NCBI GenBank assembly: GCA_951406725.2
Contig: OX597827.1
Location: 62,124,001-62,188,000, forward strand
DNA: 64,000 nucleotides
Direction: 5' to 3'
DNA from: Octopus vulgaris
Lineage: Eukaryota
How positions within the stretch are numbered: the stretch's first letter is position 1; each line of letters opens with the position of its first letter. Position numbers and translations under genes: made by a program. Below, piece after piece: positions 12,499 to 27,104 of the stretch. The notes under the pieces are model-generated. The model made no database searches. It had not been told where the DNA came from and saw nothing but the letters and a program-made list of their open reading frames with translations.

Positions 12499-14765
12499 AA
12501 GATAATTTAAGAAACATGCCAAAGGACAAGGTTTACATTCGTATTATCGTGCATGGCTAATGGAACGAAACTGAAACCCACGATAATTTTAAAGCGGAAA
12601 ACTAAGCCTTAAATAAATTTTCCTTCTGGAGTATTTATTCATTATCACGAAAAAAGATGGATGGATGAGAAAGGCGTAAAATTGTGGATAGAAAATATTT
12701 AGAGCAGACGTCTGGGTGGGATAAAAAAGGAAAGAAGTGAATTGGTTTGGCATAAGGCCAGATTATCACGAAATAATACTGATATTGCAGTTATACCTAT
12801 TGGTCTGACCTCTTTACTGCAGCCACTAGATGTCAGTCTAAACGAACCATTTAAAGATAATGTGAGAGAGGAATGGAGCAATTGGATGCTGCTTCATTGG
12901 ATGTTTTGTTTGAGTTTGTTATAGAGGCATGAAGAAACGTGAAGAAAGAAAGTATAGTGAAATCATTCAAAAATTGCGGTTATTTCTAATGTAATGGATG
13001 GCACGGAGGATGATATGCTGTATGAGAGTGAAGATGAAACCGGTCGACTCACCAGATTCTAACTGGAACCCTTACGATGAAACTGTAAATGACGATTTGT
13101 TTGACGAACTTTTTGGGTCAGATGATGATGATTGTAGCAATTTTGAAGGATTAAATGTTTGAAACATATCTAAATAACGATGTGTATGCGGTATGTTTAA
13201 TTTTTTCGTATTATCTTTATTGAAATTGATAATCTTAGTGAAACATGTTTTGTAATACTTTGTATTCAAATTTGTAATCTTAGTGAGAAATAAAAGGTTT
13301 TCTGTGGATTGTAGAGTTTTTGGGAATGGCAGTTCTATTACTTTATTAGTGTCGTATATTAATGTGAATTGTTTTAAATACAAGTACTTACATCGGTAGT
13401 TACTGCACAGAAGCTATTGTCGGTATTAAGTTAAGGTTAGGCCTGGTTTTCCGTACAAATACACCATAAGATGTAAAGTTCGCTTTTTCTTACTGTTATA
13501 TAAGACGACCCTCAATTTTGGTGTGAGTTTTGGGCACTAAAGGTCTTCTTATACACCGAAAGATACGGTATCTGCATTCATATACATACATATGTACTTA
13601 CTTACATATACATATGTATATTACCGTTCCCTCTCTCTCACTCTTCCTCCTTGATTCTCTCGTCTTTCTGCCCATTTCCTTGCTAAAGAGAAGACGTGCT
13701 TATACCTGTCTCCTCTCATAAGCTCGTCTTTCTAGCGTTCATAATTTTTCTATCGTCTTGGCTTAATAGCTCTCACCGTTTGTTTTTACTGTCTTGTTCT
13801 CACTGTCCTGTTCTTGTTACCACTTTCACCCTCCGCAAAAAATTCCAAATTTTATTTAATTTGCTTTTCCGGAAGGACTGTTTCAACGAAGTCGCGTATT
13901 GTCCTTGCCTTCGGAAACGCGAAGTAGTTGAAACAGGGACAACGGAAGAAGGGGAATATTCTTTATGTTGCATGTCTCGTTTCTCTGTTCGTTTGTTTTT
14001 TTTCATTGTTCGAAAAATAGTTCGTTTTCTATGTTTTTGTTTTTATGTTTTCGTTTCTCATTGTGTTCAACGTTTTTTTTGATGTCCTGTACCCACATAT
14101 GCATGTATATATACATATATATGCAGGTATGTACATATATGTATGCATATATGCATATATTTATATATTATTTATATTATTATACACACACACATATTAA
14201 ATGTGTACGCATGCGTGTATGTTTATACATAGCAGTGTATAAAGTATAGGCATGCACTTACGTACACACTCTCACATACATAAACACATGCGATACATAT
14301 TTTTTTAGTGCTTGCTTCTGCTATTAGAGGACAATTTCTAAAGTATTTTTGCGAATATAACGGCAGTAACAGAATTCTCGATATTTTCAGCTATTTCCGT
14401 TTATTTCCGGTGTTAATTGCCATATTTCACCGACTTTGTATATAGAAAGAAATCTTCTGTAAATAGGTTAAGCTATCCTGTCATTGCTATTCGCGTTTGC
14501 CAGTTAATTTACAACTTGCGAGTGCAATAAACACGAGGTCGCGTGCGGAGAGGATATATTTAATATGTGTATATATATATATTTATATATTTATTGTAAT
14601 ATGTATTAAGTAAATCTATACTAGAGTGTCCTTTCGTTATGGCCAGTATATTATATTTTATTGCTCTAAACATGAATACATGTTTTCCAAGCTCTTTACT
14701 ACGATGCTTTAGACACGAAAGATTGTATTTATCTTATATTAAAGGTTCAAGTAAATAGACATACA

Positions 14766-14801
<36 letters not shown>

Positions 14802-14830
14802 TTTGTACATTTAAAATATATATATACATC

Positions 14831-14866
14831 TAAAATGTAGAGCAATCTTCAGCTGCACAAAGACAT

Positions 14867-14918
<52 letters not shown>

Positions 14919-14952
14919 GTCTTTGTGCAGCTGAAGATTGCTCTACATTTTA
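14831..14952. repeat. Perfect ~38-bp inverted repeat around a (TA)n loop
   Basis: taaaatgtagagcaatcttcagctgcacaaagacatta and its exact reverse complement. Confidence 0.93.
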
Positions 14953-15148
14953 AATTGATGTGATGAAATAATTGCTTTTCAATTAAATGGAGTCGCATGA
15001 AACGATCGTACTGCATTACCTCTGGATATCTTTGATGCTTATTTTGATTATATATATATATATATATATGTATATATTTTTATTTTATAGAAGGAGCTTC
15101 TACAGGACTAGAACTGTTTCATTAAAAAAAATATTGAAACCCGGGACC

Positions 15149-15445
<297 letters not shown>

Positions 15446-16377
15446 CAGATAGACGATACAAAGAAAATAAGGGCGTGTCATTCTGAGTTTTCTTTCCCTA
15501 TCGAGTTCCAGATTATCGGCTGGTTATACTCGAGATTGCTCCAATCTGATGCTCCAAGGAAAAACTAAGCTAAGAGCAATAGTTTCCTTGGAAGACCGCA
15601 GCGAATGCATACGAAAACAAGGACGGAAAATAATGGAGAATGTTACACAAATACAAATAACAGGACATAACAACAGATGTCTTTCGATTAAGGACAAATT
15701 AGATTCTAAGCTGGCGTGTGTGGAAGTAAAGCTTTACAGCAGGGATACAAGATTTCACAGGCACAGGGAGGAATATAGATGTTGCACGGACGACGGCCGA
15801 ACCAAGAAAGAAAGGTCAAGCTATACATATTATATATGGGATTTTGTAGTCCCATACGTTCGAGTTCAGTGTTGCAGCGCAACATCTCGAAAAAGCCATT
15901 TCTATGTCCTCAGTCCGAACAAGGATTTGTGACTGAATCTGTATGATATGCTTTCTGGTTTGTGAATCTTTCATATCTTTGGATCTCGTTATTCCGAGTT
16001 GACTTTCATTTTACAGCTGCTAACTATCAAACAAATATACATCGCCAAAATAACATTGTTACCTCGAAAACTACAGAAACAAAGAGAAATAGCGGACTAA
16101 ACGTATTGATGTTATTTGTTATATTTATAGCAATTTTGCTATATTTATAGCAAAATTTACAAAAAAAAAAACCCCAAACAAATTTACAAAAATATAACAA
16201 AATAAAACCATCGATACGTAATATGGAAAATAATAACAATCCAAGGAATAATCAATCTAGAATTTAAAGCATAGAGATTGATTAACAATCATAGACCAAA
16301 AGACATGCTACTTCACACTTTAAAACACATTCTAATAATGTAAACACTATAAAAACAAAACTAGTGAACAATATATA

Positions 16378-16541
16378 GGCGCAGGAGTGGATGTGTGGTA
16401 AGTAGCTTGTTTACCAACCACATGGTTCTGGGTTCAGTCCACTGCGTGGCACCTTGGGCAAGTGTCTTCTACTATAGCCTCGGGCCAACCAAAGCCTTGT
16501 GAGTGGATTTGGTAGACGGAAACTGAAAGAAGCCCGTCGTA

Positions 16542-16594
<53 letters not shown>

Positions 16595-16806
16595 CGTGTG
16601 TGTGTTGTCCCCCTAGCATTGCTTGACAACCGATGCTGGTGTGTTTATGTCCACGTTACTTAGCGGTTCGGCAAAAAGAGACCGATAGAATAAGTACTGG
16701 GCTTACAAAAAGAATAAGTCCCGGGGTCGAGTTGCTCGATTAAAGGCGGTGCTCCAGCATGGCCGCAGTCAAATGACTGAACCAAGTAAAAGAGTAAAAG
16801 AGAGTA
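16378..16806 (+). mobile_element. Full-length SINE family B with internal (TA)n(TG)n
   Basis: tRNA-like A/B boxes (gtggtaag..gggttcagtccc), ccttgggcaagt, body, (gtaaaaga)n tail. Confidence 0.93.
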
Positions 16807-16915
16807 ATATATTTGGAACCATCTGGATTCAGTCGTCTCAAAACCAGCATAAGTAAATATACATTAAATGTAAATATAATTATAGAAAGTATATTAATAT
16901 AGAAAATATATTATA

Positions 16916-17080
16916 GGCGTAGGTGTGGCATTGTGGTAAGTAGCCTGCTTACCAACCACATAATTCCGGGTTCAGTCCCACTGCGTGACACCTTGGGCGT
17001 GTGTTTTCTTCTCTAGCCTTATGCCAACCAAAGCCTTATGAATGGATTTGGTAGACGGAACTGAAAGAAGCCCGTCGTAT
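16916..17080 (+). mobile_element. SINE family B 5' half
   Basis: Matches 16378-16540. Confidence 0.9.
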
Positions 17081-17083
17081 ATA

Positions 17084-17173
<90 letters not shown>

Positions 17174-17342
17174 TTAAATTAGAGATAAAACCACTATTAG
17201 GCAAATCAAACAGTGAAAATCATAAACCAATGCATAGAAAGAAAATTAATTAATAAAAAAATATATAAATTATAAAATTCAAAATTTAAAATATTTAAAT
17301 TTAAAAAATTATTTAAATTAATAATTTATACTTATAAATATT

Positions 17343-17378
<36 letters not shown>

Positions 17379-17559
17379 TTATTATTATTTTTTTTTTAAA
17401 TACTTTTTATTTTATTTTATTTAAAAAAAATTTTTTTTTATAGTATGTATATTTTTTCAATGTTGAAAAATAACATGGAAAAATAAATAGTTATCAGTGT
17501 AGGAAAAATTCACACATATAGCAAGGATGTAACAACCTACTTATAAAGGTAGAAATTCC

Positions 17560-19100
17560 AGGTGTTGGTGAAATGTTTATGGCATTTCTGTGTCCAAACC
17601 CATTTGGCATTTTTTAAAGTAATTCATTAAGTGGTGCCTTTACCTTATGTATATTTAGGATATACACTTGATAATAATTTACCAAGACTAGGAATGCTTC
17701 TAGCATTGTGAGTTCGTCGGGGGCGGCATATTTCGTATTGCATTTGTCCTTGATGGCTGTGGTCTGCTCCCACTTTCGTCGATTACTAGGTATTTTATTT
17801 TTTCCATCAAAGATTCGCATTCTTCTGTCAGTTTTAGCCCTATTCACTTATTCTCTCGAATACTTTCTTTATGTGTTTGACATGTTGCACCCGAGACTCG
17901 CTCTTTATCAAAATGTCATCGAGGTAAGCAATGGCAGAGTCGCAATCACTTAACATCGCATCCATTATTTGTTGGAATATGGTGGGTCCCACTTTTACTC
18001 CAAACGGCAGTCGTTTGGTATTGTACACTCCACGGTGCGTGTTGATTGTTAGTAGCTGTGTGCAATCTTCCTCTTACTGAATTTGAAGGTACCCTTTTGA
18101 GAAGTCTAACTTCGAGAAAATTTTCCCTCCGTTTAGTTTAGCAAATACTCCTTCTGGGCTTGGCAGTGAGTAATTATGTGTGAGTAAACAGTCGTTTAAT
18201 CCGGTTGAGAATTCTGCGCACACTCTTAGCTTATTATATTTTTTTTACATAGACTGCTGGTGCTGTCCAGTCTGCATGGTCAATCTTTTCAATTATCTTT
18301 TCTTATTCTTCATGGTTCTTGGCCTCAAGCATTTGTCTGATGAAGAAAGGCCGAAGACGCTCGACCTTTATTCTCTAGAAAAACGACGACGCCGTGGTGA
18401 TCTCATTCTCGCTCACAATATCATAAGAGGAAAGTGTAACTTCTCGAAAGAGCTGTTCTTCACTCCTGCTCCAGAGCGTCGGCTGCGGGGTCACTCCGAA
18501 AAGCTCTATCTGCGACGATTTCATCTCAATCGAAGGAGAGGGGCTTTCTCCGTCCGGGTTGCGGATCCGTGGAATAAGCTGTCGGACGAGATAGTGAAGA
18601 TGCCGACGACCGCTTGGTTCAAAGTCTCTCTTGACCAGAAATGGCCTGAACTCTTTGCATGAACACCCTCCCTGTACATAACTCCATGTCCCCCTACATG
18701 GCCTTGCTTTTTGCTTTTTGAGCCAAAAAATTAACTTAACTTAACTTAATTACATTTAGGCTCTCCAACCTTTCTAATTTTTATATTGACCTGGTCTACC
18801 GCTGAAAACGGCATGTTCCATTTGGGCCTGAAAATAGGTGTTGAATTTTCTTTGATAGCAATCCTTGCTTTTGTTTTTGTGCAACAGCCTATAACTTCCG
18901 AAAAATCTTTTGGGAAAGTTTCTTTCATTTTTTGTCTCAGGTCATCGACCTCGTTCGATCGTTTGACTGCTCCGTTTACGTTATTGCACAAAACGCTTAA
19001 GGGTGTGTCCCATAAATTAAATTTCTCCATACATTCGGTGCCAAATAAATTCATGAATTTTTCAACACATAAACATTCAATTTTTTGGTTCGACCTTTGA
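17560..19100 (-). mobile_element. Ty3/Gypsy pol fragment (post-protease linker + reverse transcriptase), decayed
   Basis: NLFGTECMEKFNL..TPIFRPK..; DW.AP.V.V..LRVCAEFSTGLN..FSKLD..YLQI..LTINTHRG..RLPFGVK..IFQQIMD..AYLDDILI; FLVLVNYY..APLNELL. Confidence 0.92.
18296..18747 (+). mobile_element. CR1-clade LINE 3' end inserted in the Gypsy RT
   Basis: LYSLEKRRRRGDLI..RLRGHSEKL..FSVRVADPWNKL..FKVSLD; (TTAAC)n tail; AATTA duplicated at 18291 and 18748; removing it restores Gypsy NVIEKID. Confidence 0.9.
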
Positions 19101-19312
19101 ACAATATACAGGGTGCGGCAAAATTATCTGACATATTTGTAGGTTTAATAAAAAAACTGAAATAAATCCTCAATTTCAATGTAAATTTAGCCATCTTTTT
19201 AATTCGTTTGACACTCTATCTATCTGCTCAATATTTAAGAGAAGAGGAATTATGTTCATTATTTACATTATTTACATTTGACGGATGTTTGTCCTCATCT
19301 TGTTTGTTGTTA

Positions 19313-19355
19313 ACACAACGTTCGGTTGATATACCCTCCAGCCTTCATCAGGTGT
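19313..19355 (-). ncRNA. Minimal hammerhead ribozyme motif lacking one core A
   Basis: acac-CTGATGA-aggctggagggtatatcaacc-GAA-CGTT-gtgt. Confidence 0.6.
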
Positions 19356-19458
19356 ATTGGGGGAAATAATGTAAATGATATTCTATGTATGTATGTATGT
19401 ATGTATGTATGTATGTATGTATGTATGTATGTGTCTGCCTGTCTGTCTGTCTATCCGT

Positions 19459-19607
<149 letters not shown>

Positions 19608-19766
19608 CATGTGTCTTTCTGTCCATCTATCTCAGTAGACTATCTGTCTACTGGGTTAACTCTATACTTATTTTATATATCTATAAATCTCTCATGTATA
19701 TATCACTTCATCTATATACCTATATATCACTTTATCTCTGTATCTGTTTATATATCCCAGTATCTA

Positions 19767-19818
<52 letters not shown>

Positions 19819-19940
19819 TCTATCAATGTATCTATCTAGCTACCAATATACACATACGTATACATGTTCATATGTACATCCATATGTATACACACATATA
19901 CATATACATATACATATACATACATACATACATACATACA

Positions 19941-20014
<74 letters not shown>

Positions 20015-20229
20015 ATACATACACATATGTATATAAATACATACATATAAACGTATGCAGGAACTTACGGACACACGCGTGCAGATACATACATACATAC
20101 ATACATACACACATACATACACAGACAGACACACGCACACTTACACTATATATACTCATATGGATACATATTTTATGACCGTGTTTGTATATATGTGTTT
20201 TTATGGACACAAATTTTCGTAAACAAACA

Positions 20230-20290
<61 letters not shown>

Positions 20291-20769
20291 GATCTCTCTC
20301 ACACGCACATGTCATATTCACATTCATGCAACAAACTCAAACGAAAACAACTCTAAACCAAATATATTTTTTCTCCATTCACCTGTCCTCCATCCCACCT
20401 AGATTACCACTGCTACCTCCTGCTCTGCATTACCTCCCCTTCTCTTCCCGCTCTTCTTTAACCCACATATATTTCCACCTCTACCTTCATCCCCCGTGCC
20501 ATCTTCTCTTAAATAACCCTATTCCTCTCTGAGTAGTAAATATTAGGCCGTGTCTTCAAAGATTCTTATATCGTTTTTACACCTGACAGTTTCTGAAATG
20601 TAGTTTGTAATTAATTATTAATGCCGGCTTCATTACACACATCAAAGTCATTTATTTATTCACATCACAGCAAATCTTTTTTCTTATTTTTTCCCCCTAT
20701 AGTTTTATTTATTTTTGTTGACACATGCACACATACATACACACGCACACGCACACACACACACACACA

Positions 20770-20821
<52 letters not shown>

Positions 20822-20943
20822 AAAGCATGTATATATGTGTGTGTGTTTGTATATATATATATATATAGATAGATAGATAGATAGATAGAGAGATAGATAG
20901 ATAGTTATGTCTGTGTGTGTATATATACATATAAATAGATGTT

Positions 20944-20981
<38 letters not shown>

Positions 20982-21595
20982 CTCATATACCCGCACTTTT
21001 ATCAATATATAAAAATATACATTATATGCGTGAGTATGCGTACATATCTGTTTATACACACACACGCGCGCACACACACACATAATATTATATACATATA
21101 TATACATACATTCTTTACATATACATAAGTATTCGTGTGTGTGCGTATGTGTGTGCGTGTGTGCGTGCGTGTGTGTGTGTGCGTGCGTTTGTGTGTGTGT
21201 GTGTATGTATGCATTACTCTACATGTTCCATATACAACATATCATATTAAACACAGATACACAAATACATCCGCACACACACACACACACACTTTTAAAT
21301 TCACGCATACACATTTATCACGTTTCACTTAAATTCTTTTATGTTTTTTTATTATTCAATATTATATTACGATGTATTATTTTCTATACTGTAACTATAT
21401 TATATTCGATTTATATTATATTACTTTTATAATAGATTCCATTTCATTCCATTATATTATATTATATATTATATTATATTACATTTTATTATATATGTAT
21501 ATGTGATATTAAATTATATTGTATTATATTGTATTGTATTATTTTATATCCTATTTATTATATCCCGTACAACATTATTTTACTTATTATTTCAG

Positions 21596-21800
21596 ATGTA
21601 TTACGTTAGCAACGAACGCACCTACATCAAAAAAGAAGCGGTAAATATTCTGTTGTGCTTAGGCCTGTTCTGTGGCTCGATATCCGATTGAGCATTTTTC
21701 TTATTACTTGCTTTCTTCAAAAAATTAATTTTTTTTTTCAGATAAATTCGTTCGGTTTTGTTTTCTTGTTAAGCGCAGCATCTTCATATGCTGAAAGGAG
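21596..21800 (+). CDS. Two candidate small exons (21596-21640, 21742-21800)
   Basis: ttatttcag|..GCG|gtaaat, 101-nt intron, ttttttttcag|..GAG|gtaagt; spliced frame MYYVSNERTYIKKEA-INSFGFVFLLSAASSYAER. No homology recognised. Confidence 0.35.
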
Positions 21801-22017
21801 GTAAGTCTATTGAAATTTCGAAAACGATGGACGAAAGTTGTAAAGGATGTGTAGCGTGTAACGCCACAAAACGTCACGAAACACTGCGATAAAAATATCT
21901 TCTGTATTATTTCAAACGGCATTGAGAAGAAACGAACGAATTTAAACGTCTTGGAAGGGTCCTTACACCAACAACAACAACAACAACAACAATAATAATA
22001 ATAATAATAATAATAAC

Positions 22018-22067
<50 letters not shown>

Positions 22068-22189
22068 TAATAATAATAATAACACACGCACTGGTTCAAT
22101 ATCACTTCTTTGGTTAAATATCTATCCAGCGAACTAATCAATCGTTTGTTTAATGTATAAGTTCAACAATCAATCTGTTGCTTGTTAAA

Positions 22190-22435
22190 CGAAATACCTA
22201 TTTCTATTTCTTTACTAACCACAAGGGGCTAAACGCAGAGAGGACAAACGAGGACAGACTAATGAATTAAGCCGATTAGATCAACTCCAGTGCGTAACTG
22301 GTACTTAATTTATCGACCCCGAAAGGATGAAAGGCAAAGTCGACCTCGGCGGAATTTGAACTCAGAACGTAACGGCAGACGAAATACCGCAAAGCATTTC
22401 GCGCGGCGTGCCAACGTTTCTGCCAGCTCGCCGCC

Positions 22436-22437
<2 letters not shown>
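22190..22437 (-). mobile_element. Full-length SINE family A
   Basis: Direct match; head abuts (AAT)n. Confidence 0.93.
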
Positions 22438-22502
<65 letters not shown>

Positions 22503-22549
22503 CGATGACGATGATGATGATGATGATGATGATGATAAAAATAAGAATA

Positions 22550-22838
22550 TCTGAAATAAACTCAACTGCTCTCACGAACGAGAGTACTAAAAATGAATCC
22601 GACCAATCTCAATAATTAAATTTAAAAAACCGGAAAAATAATCCAGAGTCCTTGTCCGGTACCGGTTCGATACCAAAATATAATCAGTTCGTGCCAGTCA
22701 CGAAGCCAAACATCCTTGAAAGTTTCATCCGAATCCATCCAGCGGTTCCCCAGATATCTTGTTAACAGACAAACCAACACACAAACAAACAAACCCGACT
22801 GAAAACAATACCTCCGGCTTCGCTTAGGCTGAGTTAAT
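22550..22838 (+). mobile_element. Helentron-associated non-autonomous element (DINE-1/HINE-like)
   Basis: aaagtttcatccgaatcc, (acaa)n tract, 3' stem-loop-like tacctccggcttcgcttaggctgagtta; typical architecture. Confidence 0.6.
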
Positions 22839-22841
22839 TAC

Positions 22842-22963
<122 letters not shown>

Positions 22964-23044
22964 AATATTGTAATAACATCAGTACTTTTCACTGGAGAAG
23001 GTTAGTAAAGCACTTGAATCAATGTCATCAATATAGCAATATGC

Positions 23045-23092
<48 letters not shown>

Positions 23093-23365
23093 ATATACAC
23101 ATAGTTATATATATTTAAATAAAAAAAAATTAAATTTAAAAAGTTAAAAATTTATTAATCTAAATTTAAAAAAATATTTTAAAAATATAATAATTTATAA
23201 ATATGAATTAATAATTTTAAATTTAAATAATTTTAATTTTTAATTTTATATTTTATATATTTTGTATATTATATTAATTATTTTTATTTTTATGTTTCGG
23301 TTTATGTTTTTCACTGTTTGATTTACCTAATAGTGGTTTTATCTCTAATTTAATTTATATATATT

Positions 23366-23409
<44 letters not shown>

Positions 23410-23417
<8 letters not shown>

Positions 23418-23610
23418 ATCCAAACATGAACAAAGAGATAACACAACAACGCGAAGACGTGGAATAAGTACAGTGTTATTGGACGCTCAGGAAAAGAAAG
23501 CAAGAAAGAGAAACTCAAGTTTCGAGCGGAGCTCTTTGTCAGAAATCTAGAGAAAGTCCTAAGAAGGGGAGACGGAGAAAGAAAATCGCCAACGATACCC
23601 ACGCGGAAAT
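23410..23610 (-). mobile_element. PLE-like pseudo-LTR fragment (same family as 30115-30325)
   Basis: Reverse-complement match; contains ctgacaa-agagctccgctc-gaaa. Confidence 0.65.
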
Positions 23611-23707
23611 ATATATAAGGATATTATTGTTTATAATAATATCAGTGGCTTAGCATGAGTAAAAAACCATAAATGTAAAATTATCAATTAATAATGAAGG
23701 GTACAAC

Positions 23708-23956
23708 AGGTAGTATCAGCATGCTAAAATAGCAGTCAAAATGATCAAACTACAAGTTTTCACGTAAACACAAAGATGAAGGCGGGCCAATGAACAAAAT
23801 CCCTAAGACACCCGTACCAATGACGAAAATATCCGAATCAATTTTCGATAATTTTCGTCATTGGTACGGTGTTTTAGCGTCTTTGTTCATTTGCCCGAGT
23901 GAAAACTTGGAGTTTGATCATTTTGACTGCTATTTTTAGCATGCTGGTACTGCCTG
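23708..23956. repeat. Long imperfect inverted repeat (fold-back)
   Basis: cagcatgctaaaatagcagtcaaaatgatcaaact..ccgtaccaatgacgaaaat mirrored around ~23835. Confidence 0.9.
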
Positions 23957-23967
23957 CCTCTAGTACC

Positions 23968-24035
<68 letters not shown>

Positions 24036-24090
24036 GTATGTATGTATGTATATGTATGTATGTATATATGTAAATCTATCTGACAGTCAG

Positions 24091-24134
<44 letters not shown>

Positions 24135-24329
24135 CTATAGAAGAATAAAGAATAGAAAGTTCTTGCTACAGTATTATGTATTTGAATAAACGAATAGAAA
24201 TGGCTTTCATGTATTTAAGTACATCAAATATTGGTAGCTCGGGTGAAGCATTGTGTTGTATAACTTTAAAGAAAGTTGTGTATAGCCGAAAAAAATGAGA
24301 GAAAGTACAAAGTAAATTACAAAAGGAAA

Positions 24330-24665
24330 AGAAAAGAAAAAAAGCTGCAGTTTTACTTTGTATTTCTATATTTCGGGGTTAGAACCACTTCTTCAGGACA
24401 TTTGGAAAAAGCGGTTGTTGGAAAAATCGTTGCTAAGGAGGAAGGGGTGGAAGGAGGTAGTGGGAGGAAGGAGGAAGGGGAGGAAGGTGGAGGAAGGAGG
24501 ATGGTGACATGCGCAGACTGGTGTTGCCATAGCAACCAGTCTACTGCATGTACTTCCTTCCGGTTGTTAATGGCTGACCTCAATTTGTTTGTAAGGCAGG
24601 CTTCCATGATTCTGAGATTGCCCCTGTTGCATTGGGTGGCCCTGATGGAAACTTTAAAATTGTAG
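24330..24665 (-). mobile_element. Penelope-like element 3' end (GIY-YIG C-terminus + pseudo-LTR)
   Basis: NFKV..RGNLRIMEACLTNKLRSAINNRKE resembles the PLE endonuclease C-terminus; followed by ctgaaga..gaaa. Confidence 0.6.
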
Positions 24666-24676
24666 AGGCGAGTTTG

Positions 24677-25135
24677 AAGGCGGTGAGCTGGCAGAAATGT
24701 TAGCACACCGGGCGAAATGCTTGGCGGTATTTCGTCTGCCGCTACGTTCTGAGTTCAAATTCCGCCGAGGTCGACTTTCCTTTCATCCTTTCGGGGTCGA
24801 TTAAATAAGTACCAGTTACGCACTGGGGTCGATATAACCAACTTAATCCGTGTGTCTCTCCTTGTTTGTCCCCTCTGTGTGTAGCCCCTTGTGGGCAATA
24901 AAGAAAGTCCGTCGTATATATGTATACATATATATATGTATGTGTGTGTATATGTTTGTCTCCAAACATCGCTTGACAACCGATCCTGGTGTGTTTACGT
25001 CCCCGTCACTTAGCGGTTCGGCAAAAGAGACCGATAGAATAAGTACTAGGCTTCCAAAGAATAATTTCTGAATAAAAGGCGGTGCTCCAGCATGTCTACA
25101 GTCAAATGATAAAAAGAAGTAAAGGAGTAAAGAGT
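24677..25135 (+). mobile_element. SINE A (24677-24905) joined to SINE B 3' half
   Basis: A tail aataaagaaa runs into gtccgtcgtata of the B body. Confidence 0.88.
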
Positions 25136-25141
25136 ATGTGT

Positions 25142-25191
<50 letters not shown>

Positions 25192-25687
25192 CGTATTTCC
25201 TTAGTCCTTCAAGGGTGATGGAAACAAAGCAACACCGGATGTCCAGCGATGAGCGACAAATACACGCGCATATAACTTAGCGGGTTCGGTTCGGAAAAGA
25301 ATCTTTAGAATATATACTAAATAAATTCGAAATATATATTGGGAACGATTTTGAAGACACAACCCTTCAAGGTGGTGCTCCAGCATGGCCGCAATCCATA
25401 GACTGAAATAAAGTAGAAGAGTAAAAGAGTGAAAGACACGAAAGAGTTAAGACTGTATATCAACATTGACTTGTTATTATCACTGACAGAGTACAAAGGA
25501 ATGCAGGTGACAGATTTATGGTCTGGAAAATCAATTACTAATCAATACAGCTATTTTTGGAAGACTCCCGAGAAAGAAAGGTGAATTCTGTGATAGTAGA
25601 AGGAAGAAAGAATGTTTTGGATATTTTAGATGAATGATAGTGGTATAACACACCCACCGATGGTGGTAAATCTTTATTGGTATTATT

Positions 25688-25754
<67 letters not shown>

Positions 25755-25786
25755 TAATAATTCTATTGTGGTGATAACATGATGTA

Positions 25787-25950
25787 GGCGCAAGAGTGTC
25801 TGTGTGTGGTTAAGAAGCTTGCTTCCCAGCCATGTGATCTTGGGTTCAGTCTCACTGCGCAGCACTTTGGGGCAAATGTCTTCTACTATGGCCCCGCGTT
25901 GACTAAAATCTCGTGAGTGGATTTTGGTCGATGGAAACTGGGAGAAGCTT
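25787..25950 (+). mobile_element. SINE family B head
   Basis: Direct match. Confidence 0.8.
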
Positions 25951-25951
25951 G

Positions 25952-26131
<180 letters not shown>

Positions 26132-26179
26132 ATATCAATATATATATCAATATCAATATATATATACGCGCACACATAC

Positions 26180-26456
26180 GATGAAAGGCAAAGTTGACAT
26201 CGGCAGAATTTGAACTCAGAACATACCGGCAGACGAAATACCCACAAGGGGCTAAACACATAAGGGACAAAAAAAGACAAACGGATTAAGTCGATTACAT
26301 CGACCCCAGTGCGTAACTAGTACTTTATTTATCAACCCCGAAAAGATGAAAGGCAAAGTCGACCTCAGCGGAATTTGAACTCAGAACGTAGCGGTAGACG
26401 AAATACGGCTAAGCATTTCGCTCGGCGTGTTAACGACTTTGCCAGCTCGCCACCTT
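26180..26456 (-). mobile_element. SINE family A plus partial second unit
   Basis: Tail ccccttgtgg continues into gtatttcgtctg. Confidence 0.88.
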
Positions 26457-26478
26457 AACAACAACAACAATAATAGTA

Positions 26479-26527
<49 letters not shown>

Positions 26528-26872
26528 TAAGAAGAAGAAGAACAACAACAACAATAACAAGATGTCTACATCTTCGTCCTTACAAAAACTGTTTCACATG
26601 TATTTTGTTACACACACCGTCAAGGGTATATATTTATTTATTTATTTACTTATTTATTTGTTGAGCGCAGACTCTACAAAAATGTCTGGCACATTTTCCA
26701 ACAAAGAAATTTGTCAAGTCTTGTGTTCATTCCAGCAATTGAGTTCCGCTTGGATATTGTCAAGTTTCTGGCATCTGGACAGAATTCCAGTCATGACTCT
26801 ATTAGCAATGCCATGAAAATAGACGCGTTTCACAAAGCTACCACCACCACCACCACCAGCACCACCACCACC

Positions 26873-26903
<31 letters not shown>

Positions 26904-26952
26904 CCACCACCACCACCACCACCACCACCACCACCACCACCAGCACCAGCAC

Positions 26953-26984
<32 letters not shown>

Positions 26985-27104
26985 CCACCACCACCACCAC
27001 CACCACCACCACCACTACCACCAACACGATCACCATACCTTCTTCTTCTTCTTCTTCTTCTTTTTCTTCTTCTTCCTCATCTTCTTCTTCATCTTCTTAT
27101 TTAA

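Larger units (their letters stand above)
11036..13568 (+). mobile_element. pogo-family DNA transposon with both TIRs and decayed transposase
   Basis: TIRs CCGTATATTTCGGAATATAAGGCGACC / GGTCTTCTTATACACCGAAAGATACGG with TA on each side; subterminal ataagacgacc repeats; Brinker-type HTH (KRRKYEASFKLKVIEVA..AAAR..VRDWRK) and DDE_1 motifs (GWMDE, VIPIGLTSLLQPLDVSLNEPFK). Confidence 0.92.
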
